This document shows, piece by piece, positions 40,576 through 51,179 of a DNA stretch of 60,638 nucleotides. A model generated the notes under the pieces. It was not told the origin of the DNA. It was given only the letters and a program-made list of their open reading frames with translations, and did no database searches. Within the stretch, counting starts at the first letter, position 1; each line of letters starts with the position of its first letter. The position numbers and the translations under genes were made by a program. The DNA is from a virus (lineage: Duplodnaviria; Caudoviricetes). The stretch is taken from the IMG/VR virus record IMGVR_UViG_3300006641_000002, positions 1-60,638 of that record; one strand, given 5' to 3'.

Positions 40576-41045
40576 TACGCGCCCTGGTTGAACGCGCGCA
40601 CGCGCTCACGTACAGCGCGCTGCATGCCGCGCTCAAGGTGATGGCCACCGACCTCGCCAGCGGCTTTGAAAAATGGTCTCGCTTGCGTTCCAGGATGCTT
40701 GACGATTGGGCCTTTGAACCAGACCTGCTCTCGTTCCCACCAGAAGTACAAATCCTTCACTCGACGTGCAACGATGGGGTGAGGGTCAGTACCGTCCTCG
40801 ATGTACTCTGCATGGAACGTCGTGTTGACGATGGCGCTGGACATGCTTGACGGCACAAACTCCACGCGCGTTCCGCGCCTTAGCGTTCCGGTCTTGTCTT
40901 CGTACTTGTCGGTCCTGTCGGCGGAGCGTTTTGCTACCACCGCGGCGTCATGTACGACTTGATTCGCGACGCGTTCCAGCGTCTGACCCAGTGTTTTTAG
41001 GTCCGCTACGAACTTATCCGCGTCGATGCTGACGACGGGAATCAT
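40575..41045 (-). CDS. HK97 gp10-like tail completion protein
   Basis: KTGTLRRG, AEYIEDGT.PH.I, VKHPGTQARPFF. Confidence 0.82.
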   Translation of the reverse strand: MIPVVSIDADKFVADLKTLGQTLERVANQVVHDAAVVAKRSADRTDKYEDKTGTLRRGTRVEFVPSSMSSAIVNTTFHAEYIEDGTDPHPIVARRVKDLYFWWEREQVWFKGPIVKHPGTQARPFFKAAGEVGGHHLERGMQRAVRERVRAFNQGA

Positions 41046-41500
41046 GGTCTCTCACCGGTACGGCGCACGACTATCTCACTGCGAAAAAGGCCAAAAGGAT
41101 TCGCGTCCACGCGTTTGCAGAACGCTCCCTCGGAAGGCAATCCTGGGCCTTCGAGGATGAAAAACACCTCGCGCGCCGTGGCGCTTCGAGGCGGGTCGAT
41201 GACGGAATCGGGCGTCCCGCCGGTTGCGTGCTCGGGCGTCATAGGGCCTACGCGAAAATCACCCGACGCATACCGTCCGCCGCTTGCGACAACGTCGGCG
41301 GTTGTCACCGGTTTGATTTTTACATTCGCGCCGGCGTTGGTTAAAACCGTATCCACATCGGTGTACGTGCCTACGCCTGGCCTTGGCCCCGTCCACGTGC
41401 GAACGCGCACCGTGACCGAGTGTGGCCGTAGCCCTAGCTGCGTCGGGATGATTCCCCGCAACTTTTCAAGGGCTGGCAGAAGGCTAGTGCGAAGGCTCAT
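41042..41500 (-). CDS. Head closure protein (by position)
   Basis: Beta-rich 152-aa protein in the neck cluster. Confidence 0.55.
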   Translation of the reverse strand: MSLRTSLLPALEKLRGIIPTQLGLRPHSVTVRVRTWTGPRPGVGTYTDVDTVLTNAGANVKIKPVTTADVVASGGRYASGDFRVGPMTPEHATGGTPDSVIDPPRSATAREVFFILEGPGLPSEGAFCKRVDANPFGLFRSEIVVRRTGERP

Positions 41501-41907
41501 CAGTACGCGCTCCTACGTGCGTCTTGCGTGGCCGTGAGGATTGGCGCCGGGCCAAAGGCATCGGACCGGGGGAACGTGTCCAGCATTCGGCTTAGCCGGT
41601 GGACGTACCGTCGCCCCTCGGTGCATAGGCGCTGCTGTTCGCGAGCTGCGTCTAAGCGCAACTCGCCGACAACCTCGGTGGCGGCTTGCTGGTCACGTAG
41701 CGCCTTGATGCGGCTATCGACGTCGGCAAGCTCGGTCAGGATGCCCTTTGCAACGAGCTCGGCGTCATTGGTTGGCCGTGTGCCTCCGTCCGTGACGGAT
41801 TGCAGCGCGGTGATGGCGTTTTCAAGCCGTGGATCGGCTTGCAGGTAAAGCGAGCCAAACCCTAGGTAGAGTCGAATTTGCACGCGGTCGGCTTCCGAAA
41901 ACGCCAC
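41500..41907 (-). CDS. Head-tail adaptor (by position)
   Basis: Helical 135-aa protein with IRLYLGF N-terminus. Confidence 0.55.
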   Translation of the reverse strand: MAFSEADRVQIRLYLGFGSLYLQADPRLENAITALQSVTDGGTRPTNDAELVAKGILTELADVDSRIKALRDQQAATEVVGELRLDAAREQQRLCTEGRRYVHRLSRMLDTFPRSDAFGPAPILTATQDARRSAY

Positions 41908-41915
41908 GGCTTCGC

Positions 41916-42338
41916 CTACTTCTTTTTATCCGCGTCGACGGGTTTAGCTTCGGCCTCCACGGCCTTGGCGGCTTGTGCGGCTCGCGCGGCGGCGAGCATC
42001 ATTTCCTGCTCGGCCTTCTGCTTTGACATCTGCGCCGCCACAAGGGCGGCTTCGGCGTCTTTGCGGGCTTGAAGCTCGGTGTCGAGAAAGTCGGCTAGCT
42101 TTAGCTCAGGCCTGTCAAGGTTGGTGAGTTGTGGAGCCTCACCGCCAAGAATGACGCCGTTGTGCACGCGCTGAATAGCGTGGTCGAACAAGCTATCGAT
42201 GGTTTCCTCGTCGCCCGGCTCGAATCGAAATACGCGCGGGTTGCCGTTGTCGATGAGCGTGAATTGCTGGACGAACGACTTGTTATTTTTCCACCGCGTT
42301 AGTTTTCGTTCGGTGGGTTGTGAAACATTGCGAGCCAT
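41916..42338 (-). CDS. Hypothetical protein downstream of the capsid gene
   Basis: ATG 42338; Ala/Lys-rich tail. Confidence 0.55.
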   Translation of the reverse strand: MARNVSQPTERKLTRWKNNKSFVQQFTLIDNGNPRVFRFEPGDEETIDSLFDHAIQRVHNGVILGGEAPQLTNLDRPELKLADFLDTELQARKDAEAALVAAQMSKQKAEQEMMLAAARAAQAAKAVEAEAKPVDADKKK

Positions 42339-42495
42339 TACAGACCTTTCGACAAAAAAATCCCAAGGTGCCGGAGTCATCGGCACACGCCGTCGAACGT
42401 GCTCGGTTGCAGGAGGATGCGCGAAGAGGGGGGTAAACGCGCGCGCTGCAAACGCTCAGCGGGTGACGAACAACTCCGGCGCCTTGGAACGGCTA

Positions 42496-43548
42496 TCAGG
42501 CTTCGAGCAAGTCCTTGATTAGGACGTGCGCTCCGGGCCTTTTCACTTTGAGCTGAACGTAAATCTCGCAAACGAACTTCACGCCCGAGCCGGTGCGTCC
42601 AAGAGGGATGCATCGGGCCATGAGCGGCGTGCTTTCGCTGTCGAGACCGTTGCTCGATTCAAGACCGCGAGCCATCGACGCGACGCCATCGGGCATCGAA
42701 CCGGGCCACGGCATGTAGACGAGCTCAACCTCGTCGGGGTTGATCATGTACAAGCTACCGGCGGTAGCGTTGCGGTCGCGAACGACCGGCTTACCGCGCC
42801 AGTAAAGGTTGTTGGCAGAGCCTTGGAACGACTGCACGGGGCCTTTGCCATCGTTCACGACGCGAACGATGTCATTGAAAAGCCCTTCGTACTTCGAGTG
42901 AATTGCCGCCGTCGTGAAAAGCACGGAAGGCTCCATGCCGCTGTTGACGAAGGCAAGTTGCTCACCGCCCGCAAGCAAGGAGAGCGACAAAGCGCGTCCC
43001 GTGCCGGCGTTGCTCGACACGTTGCCAGCCCACTCGGTGACCGACGCCTTGTTGATGCCGGCGTAGCTTCCGGTGGATGCAAGGGCGGCATCAAGGCCGA
43101 TGATGCTCGGCGCGCCGTTGCTGGTTCCGGTGCCGGAAAAGAGGTCCAAATTGATCTTGGAAATCAGCTTGGTGATGCTTCCGAGGAATCGCTCTCCGAC
43201 GATGTCCTCGAGAGCCGTGGCGTTGCCAATGTTGTTGGCGGCGGCCAGAATCTCGAGATTCGAGAGCTGGAAGCCCGAGCGATACTGACCCCAAGGGAGC
43301 TGAGCCTTGGTGACTGGATCGGTAGCGAACTCGCCGCTTGAAACGTCGGACCCTTCGGCAAACGCGTCCGCGCTTGCGCCCGAATACTCTACATCCCATG
43401 CGATGTTCTGGCCACCGCCCTGCCCCGTGCCAGGAACGGCGGGGAGCGTACGAGCGAGAATGGCTTGCCTGTTCCACAGGCGAGTGATTTGAGGCGCAAA
43501 CGTCTGAGCAAGAGCGCCGGAAATGGAAGAAAGGGTCTCTGCGGCCAT
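42496..43548 (-). CDS. Major capsid protein
   Basis: 350 aa after the scaffold; LFSGTGT...IIGL..A...YAGINK...W and WRGKPVVRD patterns of HK97-fold capsids. Confidence 0.85.
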   Translation of the reverse strand: MAAETLSSISGALAQTFAPQITRLWNRQAILARTLPAVPGTGQGGGQNIAWDVEYSGASADAFAEGSDVSSGEFATDPVTKAQLPWGQYRSGFQLSNLEILAAANNIGNATALEDIVGERFLGSITKLISKINLDLFSGTGTSNGAPSIIGLDAALASTGSYAGINKASVTEWAGNVSSNAGTGRALSLSLLAGGEQLAFVNSGMEPSVLFTTAAIHSKYEGLFNDIVRVVNDGKGPVQSFQGSANNLYWRGKPVVRDRNATAGSLYMINPDEVELVYMPWPGSMPDGVASMARGLESSNGLDSESTPLMARCIPLGRTGSGVKFVCEIYVQLKVKRPGAHVLIKDLLEA

Positions 43549-43572
43549 AATAGTCGTCTTTCAGGGACGGGC

Positions 43573-44328
43573 TCACTCCGTGCCGGTGCCGTTCGGCCCA
43601 AAGGTCGACATGAGAAGCCGCGACAAGTCGCCGCGCTTCACGCCGTTCCCTTGTGCCGCCTTTGCAGCAACACCTCCGCCTCGGTCGCCCGATCCCGTTA
43701 CCCCACGAGGCGGCATGTAAATCTTTGCGTCGTCGGTTTTCGCCCAACTCCGCAGGCCTGTTTGAAGGTCAATTTCACTGCCGTCCGCGTCGCGAAACAC
43801 GAGGCTTTCGCCGTCGTCTTCCCAACGAACACGCTTCTCAGCGTCGACAAGAAACCCGATGGCTTGCTTGGTGTAACGGCTGTCGATGCCGTGACGAGCA
43901 AGCTCTTCAGAAAGCCGTTGCCGCAAGGCTACGTCACGCGCTCGCGCGCGTTCGGTGTCCCGTTCGGATTGGGCTTTTCGGTTTTGCTCTTCAAGCTCGG
44001 CAAGCTTTTTCTGCAATCCTTTGACAAATGGGTTTTCTTCCAATTTGTCCGCGGGAGATGCATTTGCCGCAGCGTTTGCCGGCAATTTGGCTTGCACAAG
44101 CTCTTCAAACTTCGGAATGAGGCTTGCGACCGATTCCGAAATTTGATTTCCGAATTTCTTTTCAAATGCCGAAAACCGTGCCGTGATGGCGCGGTTGACC
44201 AGCTCGTTCAACTTCCCTTCGGTGACGTAGTTTGGGCCAGACGTCTCGCCCTGCGACGATTGCGGCTCGTCGTTGCCGTCGGTGGTTTCGGGCGCACCGG
44301 TGCCCTGCGGTCTGACGATCAACGTCAC
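43573..44328 (-). CDS. Capsid scaffolding protein
   Basis: Charged coiled coil with a C-terminal GSG motif; directly upstream of the capsid gene. Confidence 0.7.
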   Translation of the reverse strand: MTLIVRPQGTGAPETTDGNDEPQSSQGETSGPNYVTEGKLNELVNRAITARFSAFEKKFGNQISESVASLIPKFEELVQAKLPANAAANASPADKLEENPFVKGLQKKLAELEEQNRKAQSERDTERARARDVALRQRLSEELARHGIDSRYTKQAIGFLVDAEKRVRWEDDGESLVFRDADGSEIDLQTGLRSWAKTDDAKIYMPPRGVTGSGDRGGGVAAKAAQGNGVKRGDLSRLLMSTFGPNGTGTE

Positions 44329-44399
44329 TCCGTGTCACAAGCGCCACTACGCGGGCGCCGTTGCGGTTGCAGACTGCAACGATTGATGAACAGCGAAAT

Positions 44400-45278
44400 C
44401 TATCGCTTCAAAAACGCCGACTTTGGCGCCAGCGGCAAATGCCACCGCGGCGTACGCAGAGGCACGTTGATTGTCATGTCGCTTCGGCGGTACAGGTCAA
44501 CGAGCGACCTCCCGCGGCTACCGCGCACGAAGAACAGAAAGCACCGGCAACGAGGATGAAGCGGAGGGTGCATTTCGACAGCATCGACACGCATTGTGTC
44601 GAACTCTTTGCCGTTCAACCCAGCACATGTATCGCATGTGCTTTTGTCCATGACGGCGCTCCACCGCCACGTCCAATCCGGTTTGACGCCGGCCTCCTCG
44701 AGACGGTCGCGCGTGGCTTGGTCGACCCGAACGAACTGGTCATTGAACGCGTGACACGTCTCGGTCGTCACGTTCATGTCGATTCGCGGCGTGACCGTTT
44801 TCCGCGCGTCCTCAAGTGCCTTGGTGGAAGGCTTGGACGATGCTCCCGCCGTCGCCCGTTTCCAGGCATCACTCACAACGTTGGCGGAGGCCTGTGCTCG
44901 CATCTGGTCGATGACTTGAATACTTTTCCGGTACGCGGCATCAAGCTCGGCCACCTGTTGCACGCGAGCGCGGTAAAGAACGTCGGCTTGCTTGCGAGCC
45001 TCGGCGCGTCCTGCGAGAAATTCGCGCTTTAGTCGCTGCTCAAGCTCTGCCCCGCGGGCCAGCACAAGGGCCAATACCGCGGCCTCACGGTAGGTATCGC
45101 GACGTTCGCGGTCTTGGGCCACCGCCACGTCGTAAGCAACTTGCGCCGTCGCATCACGAACGGCTCGGTGAACGTTTTTCCAAGTCGCCTTTTCGGTGCG
45201 TAAGAGAATCGCGCCGACGGCCATCTCTTCGCGTTCACGTCGCCGCTGCTCATCCTCGCTTAGCTGCGTTTCAGCCAT
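44400..45278 (-). CDS. Head morphogenesis/minor capsid protein (Mu gpF/SPP1 gp7-like)
   Basis: WRWSAVMDKSTCDTCAGLNGK...PPLHPRCRC. Confidence 0.88.
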   Translation of the reverse strand: MAETQLSEDEQRRREREEMAVGAILLRTEKATWKNVHRAVRDATAQVAYDVAVAQDRERRDTYREAAVLALVLARGAELEQRLKREFLAGRAEARKQADVLYRARVQQVAELDAAYRKSIQVIDQMRAQASANVVSDAWKRATAGASSKPSTKALEDARKTVTPRIDMNVTTETCHAFNDQFVRVDQATRDRLEEAGVKPDWTWRWSAVMDKSTCDTCAGLNGKEFDTMRVDAVEMHPPLHPRCRCFLFFVRGSRGRSLVDLYRRSDMTINVPLRTPRWHLPLAPKSAFLKR

Positions 45279-46893
45279 CTTCGGCGTCGTCGTCGTCTTC
45301 GGCGTCAGGGAGGCTTACGTCGCTTGCACTTGGCGGCGGTACGGGCGCATTCGATGCCTCATCGCCTTGCATCAACGCGCTCATCTCAACTTCCGACGTC
45401 ACGCCGGCGAGAATCTCCTGACGGATGACCTCCTGTGTTTGCGGAGGCAAGTTACGAAGAAGCCGGAACGCCATGTCCGTTTTGTACGCCCGCTTCCACG
45501 TTGGGCTTGGGATGGTGACCAGATCCATCTGCACAGCCTCGTTGATGAGGTCGACGCGGTCGTCGAAATCGAACGTCTCGAGCCCGTGCGCCGTCCACAC
45601 AACGCGCTCCCCGCGCGCCTCGGCGATGCACTCGTACACTTCGACGGCGAACGCCCGAACGATTTGCCCTAAGGCTTTGAGCACCACCGTTTCGGCGTAC
45701 CGATCTTGTATCTTCGACTCGCCCGAGCGGCGCATGGTGTTTGAATCGTTGCCGACCGAAGCGGCCATCAAGTGCACAACCCTGAAAAGCTCGTCTTTCA
45801 AACCGTCGATTTGCTTGTCGGTGAGGCCGTAAGCTGTGCCCTTCGGTTCGGCAAATTCGATGCTGTCTTCCTTGCCAATGACGATGAATCCTTGACGCTG
45901 AAAGCGTCCAATCGGGTCATCACCACGGTAAGGGTCTTGCTGCCTGTCGCTTGGCAAGTCGCCACCAATGGCGCTGACTTCGGGGCCAAGTTTGGCAACG
46001 GGAAGGGAGACAAGTGATTTGTTTTGCGCGGCGTTGAGCGCGCTTCGGCGCTGAAAGTGCTCGCGAGCCACCAGCGCAATCTTCTCGCCGACAACGAGGC
46101 CCGTCGGAAGTTCAAACTTGATGATGGGAATGCGCGCGAACGATGTTTCGCCCGCCGCCACAAGCTGCACTTCTTGATTGTCTTTGGGCGTCGTGTCCTT
46201 GCGGTACGTCAGCCGATAAAGCTCCCACGACACAACGCCGTCGGAGCGTTTCCGCCACACCTTGAACTCTTCCCGAACCTCGCCCCGGCTTGCTTCGGGG
46301 TCCGTTCGTTCAACGACGCAGCGGTTTAGGATGGCCCAAACCAGTTGCCCTTCGTCGTTCGTTTGCCAGTCGATGAGATGCTCGTTGGGAAGTTCGTAGG
46401 CGTAGGCGCGCAAGAGCCCCATGCCCTCTTCTTCGGCGAGGCTTTGGGCATCGTTGTCGCTTGCCGGCAAGTCTACGCACACGTACGCCGTGCGCTTGCA
46501 AAGGGCGGTTGCAAGCACGCGACGCAGGAGGTTTGGGAACCTCGTCCCTCGCATGTCGCAGTCATCGGCAAACAATTCGTAAAACTCATCGTTTGGCAAG
46601 CTGCCAACGGTGAGCGGGTTGTCGGCGTCGGAGGCCGGGTTGACGGTCATCTCCTGCGCAAACAAGCTGGCAACAAAGTAGTCGACGATTTGCCCGAAGT
46701 AGTTGATGTAGCTCGTCGACGTAATGCGATCGCGGTACCGGTCGTCGGTCTCGCCGTAAATGCGCGTGATGTGGCGGGTTGCGTTTCGCGCCATGCGAAA
46801 GCCGCCCTCGTACAAGTCATCAAGCATCTCCCATTCGCTTGCGCGGTAGTCGGGCGAGCGTTGGGCAAGAACGCCATAAGGCAAAGATGGCAC
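45271..46893 (-). CDS. Portal protein
   Basis: 540 aa after TerL; LYEGG...ETDDRYRDR...YINY, IPIIKF and SGESK motifs. Confidence 0.85.
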   Translation of the reverse strand: MPSLPYGVLAQRSPDYRASEWEMLDDLYEGGFRMARNATRHITRIYGETDDRYRDRITSTSYINYFGQIVDYFVASLFAQEMTVNPASDADNPLTVGSLPNDEFYELFADDCDMRGTRFPNLLRRVLATALCKRTAYVCVDLPASDNDAQSLAEEEGMGLLRAYAYELPNEHLIDWQTNDEGQLVWAILNRCVVERTDPEASRGEVREEFKVWRKRSDGVVSWELYRLTYRKDTTPKDNQEVQLVAAGETSFARIPIIKFELPTGLVVGEKIALVAREHFQRRSALNAAQNKSLVSLPVAKLGPEVSAIGGDLPSDRQQDPYRGDDPIGRFQRQGFIVIGKEDSIEFAEPKGTAYGLTDKQIDGLKDELFRVVHLMAASVGNDSNTMRRSGESKIQDRYAETVVLKALGQIVRAFAVEVYECIAEARGERVVWTAHGLETFDFDDRVDLINEAVQMDLVTIPSPTWKRAYKTDMAFRLLRNLPPQTQEVIRQEILAGVTSEVEMSALMQGDEASNAPVPPPSASDVSLPDAEDDDDAEDG

Positions 46894-46908
46894 GTCGGAA
46901 GTCCGTTC

Positions 46909-48315
46909 TCAGTACGATGGGAGATTGTTCAAGTTGCGAACGATTTGCGGCGAGCCGTAGCGGGAGAAAATGGCGTAACGAAGCGCATCCATTGTGTGAT
47001 TGTGCTTGTCCTCGATGCTCTCCAAAATCTCCGACTTGTTTCGCGGATTGCGCTTTCGCCGATACAAACCAAATTCGCGAATGGTGTTTCGACACACAGG
47101 ATCGACGTAAAGCCGCGCGTAGGTTTTCAGCCGGTAGATAGGCCGTATCGTCAACCGGTCTTGCACCGCCGCCACGCCAGCCTCAATCGAGTTGTCGACC
47201 TCTTGAGGCCGTATGCCCACCTTGCGGAAGTCCTCGATGCGGTCAGGCCGCGACGGGTCCAAATACCACCGCGCGCCCGGGTACTTGATGGCGTACTCGC
47301 GCGCCACTTGCTGCCACCACGAGGTGTCTTTTCGCGATTCGTAAACCTCGTGAATCACGTGACACGTGGCATCGGCTCCCGACCCTTGGACGCCGATGAC
47401 AAGGATGACGCCAGGGTCTTCCCAACCATGGTCGACGCCGATCAAAACCTCAGTCCACCGCGTTGCAGGGTCAACTTTCCGAACGTGGAACCCCTCGATG
47501 AAGTTGGAGTAAACAAGACCTTCCGCGCTGTCGAAGTCGCATTCCCATTCGCGCTTGAAAATCTCTTCGGGCGTCGTCTGCCTTACCTCTTCAACAAACG
47601 ACTGCGACACGTTCTCCGGCGCATCCTTGTACGTTGCGTGCACCGAATAAAACCCCGGAACTTCGTTCTTTGCCAAGTCGTAGAGCTTGTACAGAAGCCC
47701 ATGACGGCCACGCCGCGGCGTACCGCCCGCAAGGCGCATCTTGAAGCTCCAAGGCTCCGATAGCCACGGCTGGCAGATGGCATCATAGACGTCGGGGTCG
47801 ACGTCATCGCATTCGTCCACGGTGACAAAATCGCACCGAACACCGCGCACCGTGTCGGCGTTTTCCGAACCGAAGAACTGTATCCACGACCCGCCCGGAA
47901 AGTCGACGCGCCACTTGGTGCGGTTCAACTTGCCGTTCAGAAACTTCCACTTCCCGTTGAGCTCCGCATCAAGCCACGACCCGTGCACGTCCACCGCTTG
48001 TTTGAACGTCGGCGCCAAAAGCACAATGCGAATGCCTTTTTGGATGATGTGATCGGGTCGCGGGCGGCCGTCGTGTTGCGCCACTTGGATGTACCAAGCA
48101 ATGCGCTGAAACATCGATTTGCCAACACCGCGGCCCCACGGTGTTGCCACCGTCACACCGGGCTTTAGTAGCTCAAATGCTCGGCTCTGCGGACCGTTCA
48201 AACGCACGTCGACGGCGTTCGTGCGTGGACCTTCTTGGGCTTGCGCTGAGGCCGCAACACGCGCTTCCAGCTCGTCCAATAGGTCGAGGTCGTCGTCGTC
48301 TACGTCGGAATGCAA
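46909..48315 (-). CDS. terL: Terminase large subunit
   Basis: GRGVGKS, LAPTFKQA, RGVRCDFVTVDE, GTPR, GVDHGWEDP, NHTMDALRY. Confidence 0.94.
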   Translation of the reverse strand: MHSDVDDDDLDLLDELEARVAASAQAQEGPRTNAVDVRLNGPQSRAFELLKPGVTVATPWGRGVGKSMFQRIAWYIQVAQHDGRPRPDHIIQKGIRIVLLAPTFKQAVDVHGSWLDAELNGKWKFLNGKLNRTKWRVDFPGGSWIQFFGSENADTVRGVRCDFVTVDECDDVDPDVYDAICQPWLSEPWSFKMRLAGGTPRRGRHGLLYKLYDLAKNEVPGFYSVHATYKDAPENVSQSFVEEVRQTTPEEIFKREWECDFDSAEGLVYSNFIEGFHVRKVDPATRWTEVLIGVDHGWEDPGVILVIGVQGSGADATCHVIHEVYESRKDTSWWQQVAREYAIKYPGARWYLDPSRPDRIEDFRKVGIRPQEVDNSIEAGVAAVQDRLTIRPIYRLKTYARLYVDPVCRNTIREFGLYRRKRNPRNKSEILESIEDKHNHTMDALRYAIFSRYGSPQIVRNLNNLPSY

Positions 48316-48319
48316 GTGA

Positions 48320-48769
48320 CTAATTGTTTTCGCTTGGCAACTTGGCAGTGTGCGCTTGCGCCGTCATCAGCACATTGACAATGTGTTGCGCCTTCTCGAT
48401 ATCGTTTTCGGTGTCGACACTCTTCTTCGCGTCGAGCCCCAGCATGTTTGCACGGCGCTCCAAAATGCGAAGTACGCGATCAATCGCGCGCAAATCGCCA
48501 GTCACCGCCTCGTTCCAGATCGCCTTCACGAGCGCATCAAGGCGGCGGAGTTCCATGCGGATTAAGTGCTCCGCTGGCTCGCGACCAATCTCGGCTATCG
48601 CCTTTTGAATGTCGTTATACGCGTGCGCGCGGTCGTGATAGCCGAGCGCCTTGGCGATGCTCTCGTAGGTGTGCGACGCGCAACGCATCTCCATCGCCTT
48701 TTCGCGACGCTGTGCGGTTTCGATTCTGCGCTTGTCGCGTTTTGCGCTGTTGCCGTCGCCTATGCCCAT
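48320..48769 (-). CDS. Terminase small subunit
   Basis: Upstream of TerL; HTH (TYESIAKALGY) and AIDRVLRILERRANMLGLD. Confidence 0.75.
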   Translation of the reverse strand: MGIGDGNSAKRDKRRIETAQRREKAMEMRCASHTYESIAKALGYHDRAHAYNDIQKAIAEIGREPAEHLIRMELRRLDALVKAIWNEAVTGDLRAIDRVLRILERRANMLGLDAKKSVDTENDIEKAQHIVNVLMTAQAHTAKLPSENN

Positions 48770-49046
48770 GGGAACCTGTTGCGTGTAGTGTGCAAGTGTT
48801 GTGAGGAAAGGTGGGATAGGTGAGAAATTGGGTTGGGTATGGGAAAGGGGGGGCGCTGTTTTAACAGGGGGTCGATGGGATTTCGCCTTACGTTGCGCAC
48901 ACGGTGCGAAGGCGCCCTGCATGTCCGGTCCCCTGCTCCGTTGTCGCGTTACGTAGCGACGCGTCCCCGAAGGTGGCGCGATGGCGGCGCATCGGGGGTC
49001 GACTGGCCAGCTAGGGCGAGGCCGTCGCACACCGCGGGGGCGTCGT

Positions 49047-49147
49047 GCCTATAGACACCCGAGAAACCCCGTAGATTCGCCGCGTCTATTGACGGAACGG
49101 CTTATTTTGCCGCGTGGAATTGCGTCTATAGGCGCCTGTCTATAGAC
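49047..49147. promoter_or_regulatory. Four GTCTATAGAC-type palindromes; candidate res or pac-associated sites
   Basis: GCCTATAGAC 49047, GTCTATTGAC 49084, GTCTATAGGC 49124, GTCTATAGAC 49138. Confidence 0.55.
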
Positions 49148-49261
49148 GTCCCGGCTTGCCCGGGCTGTTCAGTGCCCGTCTTGCCGACGTGTGCGCACGG
49201 GGTCTCACAAATCAAATGTGGCGACGTTGCCAGCTGGCCGGCCCGCGGTCACAACTAGGTC

Positions 49262-49969
49262 ATGAGCAACACGTCATCCGCCGCCGCCGCCAAGACCGTC
49301 GCCATCTATTGCCGCGTGTCGACCGACGAGCAGGCCGCCAGCGGCCTAGGTCTCGAGGCGCAAGAAGCGCGCTGCCGCGCGTTCGTCGTCGCCGCCGGCC
49401 TTGAGGGCACCGTCCGCGTGTTCGTGGACGCGGGCATCTCGGGCAGCACCACCGACCGCCCTGCTCTCACCGAGCTCCGTGCCGCGGTAGCACGCAAGGA
49501 AGTGGCCGCCGTGGTGGTGGCGAAAATCGACCGCCTGACCCGCCGACTTGCGGATTTGCTCGAGCTGACGGAAGCGTTTGCCGCCAAGGGCGTAGCGTTC
49601 CTATCGGCGAGCGAGCAAGTCAACACCTCGACCGCTGCCGGGCGCATGATGCTCTCCTTGCTTGGCACCTTCGCCGAATTTGAGCGCGATACGATTTGCG
49701 AGCGCACCAAGAGCGCCGTCGCCGCCAAGCGCGCGCGTGGCGTGGGCCACGGGTTCGAGCGCCTCGGCGAGCGCCACGGGGCCGATGGGCGCATCGAGAC
49801 GGTGGAGGAGGAGACCGCCGCGGTGGAGATGATGGTCCGCCGCCGCAGCGAGGGCGCCTCACTCCGCGCCATTGCCGCCGAATTGACGGCCGCCGGCTAC
49901 CCGACCAAGCGCGGTGGCGCGTGGCGCGCGTGCACCGTCGACGTCGTGTTGCGCCGCGCTGCTCACTGA
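49262..49969 (+). CDS. Serine recombinase (resolvase family)
   Basis: AIYCRVSTDEQ, DAGISG...RPAL, KIDRLTR, FAEFERDTI.ERT; C-terminal HTH. Confidence 0.93.
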   Translation: MSNTSSAAAAKTVAIYCRVSTDEQAASGLGLEAQEARCRAFVVAAGLEGTVRVFVDAGISGSTTDRPALTELRAAVARKEVAAVVVAKIDRLTRRLADLLELTEAFAAKGVAFLSASEQVNTSTAAGRMMLSLLGTFAEFERDTICERTKSAVAAKRARGVGHGFERLGERHGADGRIETVEEETAAVEMMVRRRSEGASLRAIAAELTAAGYPTKRGGAWRACTVDVVLRRAAH

Positions 49970-49990
49970 GCCGCTACGCGGTCACGCAAG

Positions 49991-50019
49991 GCCCTGGGGC
50001 TCGCGCCCCGGGGCTTTTT
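49991..50019 (+). terminator. Intrinsic terminator
   Basis: GCCCTGGGGC-TCGC-GCCCCGGGGC-TTTTT after the recombinase stop. Confidence 0.75.
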
Positions 50020-51179
50020 CGCTTTTGTCGACCCGAGCTGACGAATCGCGACGGCAACGCGTTACGCGGGCGACGACGCTTTGACGAGCCCAGCGCGCAC
50101 CGTCCCACCTTGCCCACCTTGTGGATGCGACACTGGAATACATTGGAGCTATGCCACGAAAAAAAGGGGGGGGTAGGATGGGGTGCTACCGAATCGAGAA
50201 AACCGGCCTCAGTACGGGGCTGCGGGCACCACCCATCCATCTCCCGCCAGCATCATCCACCCCCCGTCCCTCCGACCCGCTTTGCCGCCCTTCGCCGCCC
50301 CACCATCCCCAGCCTTTCCCGGCCATCTCACCAGTTGGGGGCTCGTCCCCCCAGTCGTTTAGCCTATTTAGTGTTGACACCCTCGAATTTGCCCACCGCC
50401 ATCTCCAACCTATCGCAATCCTTACCTTTTCCGCCTTTTCCATCTTGCCGCTAAACGTGTTGACGATTTGCGGGCTGTTTGGGGGGGAGCTGCCTTGCTG
50501 ATGGGGGGCAGCTACGGCGCTGGTTAGGGGGGAGCTTGGGGGGTAACTTGGGGGGGTAGCTCCGTTACCGCTCGGCGTGGTGTGGACGCTACGTTGTCAA
50601 TCGACAACTGAGGCTCACTGGTGTCTTGACACCGTTGCCGATTCACCCCCCTAATACCCCCCGTCCACGTCAGACATCAGACGACGTTCCGTCTTACTTC
50701 GAGCGTCTAACTAACTTGCCGATCCCTCGTGACGAGCAACGTCACTCGAGCCTGACGAGCTGACCGCTCCGCTAGCTACCGTCACCGCTAGCTAGCTACG
50801 TGGTTGCCGGCTGTACCGTTGCGACACCGCGCAACGTTACCGCCTTACTGGCTTACTTGACGGTGATTGTTTCATTTGCCGTAGGCGTTGACTTGGCGGG
50901 CTTTGGGGGATGGTTGGATGACTGGCTGAGCGGCCTAGTGGCCGTGCTTCATCTTTTCCTTGATGCCTCATCGCGAGGCCTGACACGTCTACCCGATCGA
51001 CCCGGGTTATTGCGCCTACTAATCAGGGGGTGGGTTTGGGAGGGGTTGGAAGAGGTTGGGAGAGCGCACATGGTGGGATGCGCGCGGAAAGGCTAGCGAT
51101 GTTGGCGACTTGCGGGCGTTGCCGATTTGCTTGTGGCGCGTAGGTGGCGCCGCTGACCGTACGCTGGTACGGTGGCGGT

